Source of the DNA: an uncultured virus (IMG/VR IMGVR_UViG_3300020048_000013)
Taxonomy: Duplodnaviria > Heunggongvirae > Uroviricota > Caudoviricetes
DNA: 64,000 nucleotides
Virus record (IMG/VR): IMGVR_UViG_3300020048_000013
Direction: 5' to 3' (one strand)
Shown here: positions 58,479 through 64,000 of the stretch, piece after piece
Position numbering within the stretch: position 1 is the first letter of the stretch
Layout: each line of letters opens with the position of its first letter
The notes under the pieces: model-generated
The model's input: only the letters and a program-made list of their open reading frames with translations
Databases searched by the model: none
What the model was told of the DNA's origin: nothing
Made by a program: the position numbers and the translations under genes

Positions 58479-59564
58479 TTAAGTTATTATTTTATTTATA
58501 TTATTATTTATAAAAAAATTATTTTTATATACTTCATTATCATAAAGATAAACATTATTTTTAAATAATAATTTATCGAACATATTAACATTACTTATAT
58601 TTTTCAATAATATATCGAAATTATTTAAAATTTTAGTCATGTTGTTTGATAATAATATTTCTTCTATGTTATTTATAATTTTTTCGGGAATGGTGTCTGA
58701 CATTTTTTTAATAGATGAACAATAATTTTTAATAGAAGTTTCTATAATATCTTCTATTGGCTTCATTACTTCTTTTTGAAATAATAATATAAAATCTTTT
58801 TTATTTTTTTCCATATCAGCAATGATATTACGAATTTCTTGTTTCATTGGTTTTGTTTTTAAATCATCTTTAATCGAAGCATCGTCATCAATCCATCTCT
58901 TTATTAACTTATTTTTTATTTCTTTATTGATATCCATATCTTTAAATTTACTTTCAATATGATTTGTTATCCAAAAATATTTAAAATCTTCTACATCATT
59001 ATTATCGCTTAAATCATTTTTCTCTTGTATATTTTCTAATTTTTTTATCATTTCTTCGCCACTGCTTTCGAGTATATGAAGCAAATGAATTTCAGTTATT
59101 CCATACATACTATATAGAGTATTATTAATTTTTTCTATTATATTTTTCAATTTTTCTACAAAAATTTCATCTTCGATATCACTATTTTTTAAAATTATAG
59201 GATTTTTTCTTACCATGATATCATCTATTAAAACATAATTACATTCTAAGTTTATAAATTTTTCTTCCTCAAAATATTTTTCATTAGCTTCTATAAAATC
59301 ATATAATTCATAATTCACGACATCGATAATTTCTTCTTCGACATCAACATCTATATTCAAATCCCTATAATATACATCATCATCTTTCCAAGTCACTTGA
59401 AAATTTATACTATATTCGTGATATTTTTCTTTCTCTAATGAAAAATTTTTAAAATAACAATAGTTTATAAACTCTTTTATCTCTGAAAATTTTTTATTGA
59501 CAATCAGAGAAGTATCTTTTTTTTCAGATAATATTAAATAGTCTTCATAATTAATTATTTTCAT
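58479..59564 (-). CDS. Hypothetical protein
   Basis: 361-aa ORF; leader ends ILSE. Confidence 0.7.
   Translation of the reverse strand: MKIINYEDYLILSEKKDTSLIVNKKFSEIKEFINYCYFKNFSLEKEKYHEYSINFQVTWKDDDVYYRDLNIDVDVEEEIIDVVNYELYDFIEANEKYFEEEKFINLECNYVLIDDIMVRKNPIILKNSDIEDEIFVEKLKNIIEKINNTLYSMYGITEIHLLHILESSGEEMIKKLENIQEKNDLSDNNDVEDFKYFWITNHIESKFKDMDINKEIKNKLIKRWIDDDASIKDDLKTKPMKQEIRNIIADMEKNKKDFILLFQKEVMKPIEDIIETSIKNYCSSIKKMSDTIPEKIINNIEEILLSNNMTKILNNFDILLKNISNVNMFDKLLFKNNVYLYDNEVYKNNFFINNNINKIIT
58493..58512 (-). promoter_or_regulatory. Tandem T4-type late promoters TATAAATA
   Basis: Two copies (58493-58500, 58505-58512) upstream of ATG 58464. Confidence 0.6.
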
Positions 59565-59763
59565 GTTTTTTTCTATCTATTTCCGCAATAAATTCATCAA
59601 TTTCTTCAAGAGTATTATTTACAATTTCTTTTTTAATCATATCAATAATACAATTTGGTATAGTCATTTTTGTATTTTTGTCGCCTTGTGTAATAAGCAC
59701 ATCGTTTTTATTAAATTTGATTTCGTATTTTATTGAATCTTCTATTATTTTCATTGTATTCAT
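59551..59763 (-). CDS. Small late protein
   Basis: AAGGA RBS inside a hairpin; late promoter upstream. Confidence 0.65.
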   Translation of the reverse strand: MNTMKIIEDSIKYEIKFNKNDVLITQGDKNTKMTIPNCIIDMIKKEIVNNTLEEIDEFIAEIDRKKHENN

Positions 59764-59769
59764 AACAAA

Positions 59770-59812
59770 AAGTCCTTTTTACTTTATTTATAAAAATTAG
59801 TAAAAAGGACTT
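59770..59812 (-). promoter_or_regulatory. 14-bp hairpin with late promoter TATAAATA in the loop and the RBS in the 3' arm
   Basis: AAGTCCTTTTTACT-AATTTTTATAAATAA-AGTAAAAAGGACTT-TTTGTTATG. Confidence 0.8.
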
Positions 59813-59837
59813 GAGTCAAATTTAGTTAATCATGAAA

Positions 59838-60776
59838 TTAAACACCTTTAATGAACATCATTTCATCTTCGTCTAATTTATCCACTTCGTTATTAGCAAC
59901 TTTATTCACGACAGAAGTAGTATTATTATTTACTACTTGTGGGTTATTATCAGTAACAACATCATCAAACTTGGCTGTATTAATTATGTAACCAACCTCG
60001 TTATTTATGACATCGTTAGTCAAATAATTTAAGCTGTTAATATATTCTTCGAGATTATAAGATTTTGATAATGTTTCTATTATCTGATCTTTACTTTCCG
60101 ATATAGGAGTTTGTTGGTCGTAGAATCTGGACTGTTTATAATCAGGATAAGAAACAGGTTTTCCTCCCCTAGTACTTTCAGTCATATTAACTACCAATTT
60201 TAAATTAGCACCAGTCATTGGATTGAATGGATTGAATTCTTTGAAATCGATATCAGATTTTGCAGCATCGTCTGGTTTTAATCTTTTTTCGATAAGTTTA
60301 AATATAGTTGAACCATATCTAAATTTAAAAACTTTACCATTGTTTTCTGGATTTACTGGATCTCTTATTACCAGAATGTTAGATATCCATTCTTGTTTTG
60401 GTGTCCATCCGCCATCTTTGGCTTTTTCTTGATTAGCTTTAATTTTGGTTCTCCACAATCCCCATCCATATTTACATATCGGACAAGATGATGATTGTTT
60501 TGTTTTCGTAGAAATACAATTACCAAAGAAAAATTTTCTTTCCCCATTTGGAAAATGAGTAATATTGTGAGTATTAATCGATATCCAATTCATTTTTGTT
60601 CTGGCATCTGGAATAAATCTTATCACATAAGTGTTAGGATTTTTCTTGTCAGGATTCCAAAAAGTTTCATCTACAAATGATGTAGGGCTTTTTGTCATTT
60701 CTTCGGTTGCTTTTGTGTCCCAGTCGTAGTTTAAAACGTCACTACCTAGGAATTCATTCATGTCTACTGTACTCAT
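59838..60776 (-). CDS. gp32: Single-stranded DNA-binding protein gp32
   Basis: DETFW, VIRFIP, CPIC, NILVIRDP.NPENNGKVF, NPF...GANLKL, YPDY..S.F and acidic tail. Confidence 0.93.
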   Translation of the reverse strand: MSTVDMNEFLGSDVLNYDWDTKATEEMTKSPTSFVDETFWNPDKKNPNTYVIRFIPDARTKMNWISINTHNITHFPNGERKFFFGNCISTKTKQSSSCPICKYGWGLWRTKIKANQEKAKDGGWTPKQEWISNILVIRDPVNPENNGKVFKFRYGSTIFKLIEKRLKPDDAAKSDIDFKEFNPFNPMTGANLKLVVNMTESTRGGKPVSYPDYKQSRFYDQQTPISESKDQIIETLSKSYNLEEYINSLNYLTNDVINNEVGYIINTAKFDDVVTDNNPQVVNNNTTSVVNKVANNEVDKLDEDEMMFIKGV

Positions 60777-60852
60777 ATTTACCTCTTGTATTATCGTATC
60801 TTATTATCTCAACACATTGAACTATAGTTCTTTTGAGATTTCTGATACTTTT

Positions 60853-61455
60853 TTATATACCCAAACCTTTTAAAAATATTTTATATAACTTTACTGTGGC
60901 ACATAAATCTGCGGTTGCATCATGCCAGTTCATATTATCGTTAGGGAAAAAATATTCATAAACATCTTTTAATTTATGAGATTTGAATTGTTTTTTGAGT
61001 TTCAATTCTATCAAACCCACCATAACCATAATATCGATTTTTCTATTGTTAAAATATTTATAATAATCTTTGCAATGAATATTATATCCAACCAAATCGT
61101 GATTTGGGGAATTTACTCTTGCGAAAAAATTTACTAATTTATGAACATCGAAACAAGTATTATATCCACCGATAGTCAGTCTGTTATAGTAATTTGTATC
61201 ATATGGTTTTAAAATTTCTAATAATTTTGCCATAACTACATCTGCAGTATCGAATGTATGTAATTCTTCTATTGTTATGCCATTAACTTCTAAAGCTTTT
61301 TTATCTACAATATCAAAATTATATGGTTTAATTTTAAAATTATGCATTTCTCCAAACTTTCCGTCAGAATGTTCTATACAACACGCCAATTGAATTATTT
61401 CGTGTTCGTGATATAAACCCGAAGTTTCAGTATCTAACCAGAATATATCAGGCAT
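60853..61455 (-). CDS. DEDDh 3'-5' exonuclease (DnaQ-like)
   Basis: LDTETSG, GYNTCFD and HDATAD. Confidence 0.88.
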   Translation of the reverse strand: MPDIFWLDTETSGLYHEHEIIQLACCIEHSDGKFGEMHNFKIKPYNFDIVDKKALEVNGITIEELHTFDTADVVMAKLLEILKPYDTNYYNRLTIGGYNTCFDVHKLVNFFARVNSPNHDLVGYNIHCKDYYKYFNNRKIDIMVMVGLIELKLKKQFKSHKLKDVYEYFFPNDNMNWHDATADLCATVKLYKIFLKGLGI

Positions 61456-61457
61456 TT

Positions 61458-61697
61458 TTAACTCCAGTTAATATCTAATGGTTTTGCAGTATTAAGTAAA
61501 GATTGTTTACTATAAAATATGTCATAACTTTCTATAATTAATAATAATTGTCTTTTACTTCTATCACACGGGAATTCGATAAATTTTTTTAAAAAATATT
61601 CTAAATTTCTAATATCCCCTTCTTTATCTTCGCCCATGGGTTTTAGATTGAGTCTGCTTTTTATTTTTTCCATGAGTTCATTGCTAATTTCAGTCAT
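61458..61697 (-). CDS. Hypothetical protein
   Basis: 79-aa ORF. Confidence 0.6.
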   Translation of the reverse strand: MTEISNELMEKIKSRLNLKPMGEDKEGDIRNLEYFLKKFIEFPCDRSKRQLLLIIESYDIFYSKQSLLNTAKPLDINWS

Positions 61698-61700
61698 ATG

Positions 61701-63179
61701 TTAATTTCCCCTTTCTTTTTCTTTAATAATATCTTTTATATCATGAATCATTTTTTCTAAAATATTAGCGTTGTTTTTAGCTCTACTTCTTACATTAAAC
61801 AACTGTTCTACTACTGTGGGAATTAATCCTTTATAATCTTTTTTATAAAATTCTCCGTTGCCCGTCATGATGACATTATACTTCTGTAATAAAATTAACA
61901 TTCTCTGACAAAAATCTGCGTCTCTTAAAGAATTCAAATAATTTTCTACGAATATATAAGTTTCTTTTCCATATCCAATACTTTTTCTAAATTCATGAAG
62001 TTCTTTTGGAACGTCTTTAACTATGGTTTCGAGAGATATATTAAACTGCATCATTTGATGAGGATAACTACTGACTAAATCGGCAATAACAACATTAAAA
62101 TATCTACCAGGAGTCAATTTCTCTTTCGGAGTTACATATCCGCCGATAATTTCTCTTTCGGGATGATGTTCGTATGGCAACATTTGATTTTTATCTAATA
62201 GATATGAATACAAATAACTATGCCACAAAAATTCACTGCTAAAAACATTCGACGGCAATGCTTTCATGATATTAGATAAGTTCATTATAGTTTCCATCAA
62301 CTTCATTTTCTTATCTATTTTAGAAAGTAATGCAACATCCTGTATGTTATAATCTATAAATTTTTCAAAATGTTCGTCGAATAATTGCCATAAAGGATAT
62401 TCACTTTTTATTTTTCCTTCTCCAAGCTCATGCATTGATACGAAATCGAGAGAATATTTATCAATTTTTTTAGCAAAATATTTATATGCTTCCATATAAT
62501 CTACAATCTGTATCGTATATAATTCTTTATTATATGGATTTATATTATTATCCATCCAATCTCTGATTATATGGTTCTTATTATAATACACATTTCTCAT
62601 ACGATTTAAAAGATATTTGATATCGAAATGTAGAACGTTCCAACCAGAAATAATCTGAATATTCTTCATCTGTATAATTTTAACAATCATCTCTATCAAA
62701 TGCTCTTCGTTGACTGCTTCCATATAACTATGCTGTTTGCTCTTTGGAGTATAATTTTTCATGGACATTGTGTAATAATGATCTTCGACTACCGAATAAA
62801 AAGTAAATGCGTTGATTGAATACATCGCTTCTTCTGGTTTCGGAAAATTGTCTTTAGTATATACCTCTATATCAAAGAACCAAACATCAGGAGTACTTAT
62901 AACAGATTCTTCTTTAAAATGTTCTTTAATGAATTGATATTTTGGATCAATTACTCCACACAAATCTCTATTTGATTTTACAAATTTTTTATATTCATAA
63001 ATATTATCAAATTCTATTCTTTTAACGATATTACCATGAATGTCTGTATAATCTCCATAATCAGATAATACTCCGACAGTGGGTTTATATTTTACCCAAT
63101 TTAATTGAGTTTTTCCAGTATTTTCGTCTTTATATGAATAGTAAATTTTACCTTGTTTTTCGTAAACATTATAGTACAT
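61701..63179 (-). CDS. gp43: Family B DNA polymerase, N-terminal subunit of a split gp43
   Basis: Exo I FDIE, Exo II GWN..FD, Exo III YNIQD and region II DLVSSYP; ends after GLIP...R...K with no KxxxNSxYG or YGDTDS. Confidence 0.88.
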   Translation of the reverse strand: MYYNVYEKQGKIYYSYKDENTGKTQLNWVKYKPTVGVLSDYGDYTDIHGNIVKRIEFDNIYEYKKFVKSNRDLCGVIDPKYQFIKEHFKEESVISTPDVWFFDIEVYTKDNFPKPEEAMYSINAFTFYSVVEDHYYTMSMKNYTPKSKQHSYMEAVNEEHLIEMIVKIIQMKNIQIISGWNVLHFDIKYLLNRMRNVYYNKNHIIRDWMDNNINPYNKELYTIQIVDYMEAYKYFAKKIDKYSLDFVSMHELGEGKIKSEYPLWQLFDEHFEKFIDYNIQDVALLSKIDKKMKLMETIMNLSNIMKALPSNVFSSEFLWHSYLYSYLLDKNQMLPYEHHPEREIIGGYVTPKEKLTPGRYFNVVIADLVSSYPHQMMQFNISLETIVKDVPKELHEFRKSIGYGKETYIFVENYLNSLRDADFCQRMLILLQKYNVIMTGNGEFYKKDYKGLIPTVVEQLFNVRSRAKNNANILEKMIHDIKDIIKEKERGN

Positions 63180-63202
63180 ATTTCCCCTTTTTGATTACAT
63201 AT

Positions 63203-63231
63203 AATATAGCACATATTTTATGTTTTGTCAA
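63203..63231 (-). promoter_or_regulatory. Sigma70-like promoter TTGACA-17-TATATT
   Basis: Exact consensus upstream of the polymerase. Confidence 0.85.
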
Positions 63232-63239
63232 GTGTTTTT

Positions 63240-63707
63240 TTAAATATTTTTTATTTCTATGGTTATAGATTTTATAACATTTTTTGGAACAATCATAATA
63301 TCTATTACATTTTTGTCGTCAGATTTTCTATCAATACTATATCTTGATATCAAATCCATATCCAAAAAATTTTCTAAAGTATTTACACAACGTTTGGTCA
63401 TTTCTTTTCTTAATTCTGAATCATTTATCTCAAAATAAAATTTTTGAAGTTCGTTGTGTAATGATTCCTTAATTTTTAGAATTGTTCTTCTTACATTCGC
63501 TTCTTGTATGATTTTATCCACATTTATTTTAAAATCGCTTTCGATTTCATTAATACATCTTTCTAAACCACACACTGATGTTATTGTAATAAATCTCAGA
63601 TAGGATGGGATGGAACAATAATAAGTCATTATTTCCATAAAATCTGCACTTGGTCTGACTTCCAATCTCAACACTTCCCCTCTATATTCAAATCTTTTTT
63701 CTAACAT
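63240..63707 (-). CDS. Hypothetical protein
   Basis: GGAG RBS; 155 aa. Confidence 0.65.
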   Translation of the reverse strand: MLEKRFEYRGEVLRLEVRPSADFMEIMTYYCSIPSYLRFITITSVCGLERCINEIESDFKINVDKIIQEANVRRTILKIKESLHNELQKFYFEINDSELRKEMTKRCVNTLENFLDMDLISRYSIDRKSDDKNVIDIMIVPKNVIKSITIEIKNI

Positions 63708-63967
63708 TATTTTTTCTCCTTTGCTTTAGCTTCTAATACCTTCAAATATAATTCCCTATCGACCAAAATATCATTTCCACCATCTTCTTCACCTAAATAT
63801 TGGTGACAAAGCTGAGATACTGCCATATAATCAGTATCAATCAATCTGTTGTCATGGAAGTATTCAAACGCCTTTTGTAATTCTTTTTTATTTTCTTCGT
63901 CAGGAACTACAATAATAAAATCAGACCATTCTAATTCATTATCTGGAATATCCGACCATCTTTTCAT
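63707..63967 (-). CDS. Hypothetical protein
   Basis: 86-aa coupled ORF. Confidence 0.6.
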   Translation of the reverse strand: MKRWSDIPDNELEWSDFIIVVPDEENKKELQKAFEYFHDNRLIDTDYMAVSQLCHQYLGEEDGGNDILVDRELYLKVLEAKAKEKK

Positions 63968-64000
63968 ATCAAAATATCTGTTATCCTTCGGTATTCTGTC

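Noticed and set aside
25..60680. Numerous plus-strand ORFs in the track (e.g. 8300-8887, 25793-26308, 39700-40128, 51333-51803)
   Set aside because: They are antisense shadows of well-supported minus-strand genes with no RBS or promoter; only 12417-12746 is supported.
1..64000. tRNA genes, CRISPR arrays, introns, inteins
   Set aside because: Intergenic gaps are short, and I saw no cloverleaf or repeat-spacer pattern; the RNR, helicases, ligase and UvsX have normal lengths. tRNAscan-SE/Infernal would be the definitive check.

Overview
A 64 kb, very AT-rich (roughly 25-30% GC by eye) segment of a large, divergent T4-like myovirus genome. Almost all genes are on the minus strand, and there are three 10-N scaffold gaps. 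About 1-31 kb is a rearranged baseplate/neck/tail module (gp7-, gp6-, gp25-, gp15-, gp14-, gp5-OB-, gp27-, gp53-, gp48-, tape-measure-, gp26/gp51- and gp13-like genes, three tail-tube-fold paralogs, an M15 endolysin). It is interleaved with about a dozen unrelated enzyme-like genes that share an N-terminal leader resembling the T4 capsid-targeting sequence. About 31-64 kb holds replication, recombination and metabolism genes: gp41 helicase, UvsX/Y/W, gp44, gp32, a split gp43 N-half, an NAD-dependent ligase, a class II RNR, a DNA methyltransferase, a vWA + PurA-like module and a Tad2/DUF2829 protein. Main highlights: (1) a putative head-packaged effector set marked by a shared Phi-x3-Y-x2-Phi-Phi-x-E leader; (2) a phage Hfq-like gene next to a self-contained ~80-nt promoter-to-terminator sRNA candidate; (3) a canonical -1 slippery site joining the gp26-like and gp51-like frames; (4) a late promoter sitting in the loop of an RBS-sequestering hairpin. 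All protein calls come from motif recognition by eye, not database searches.
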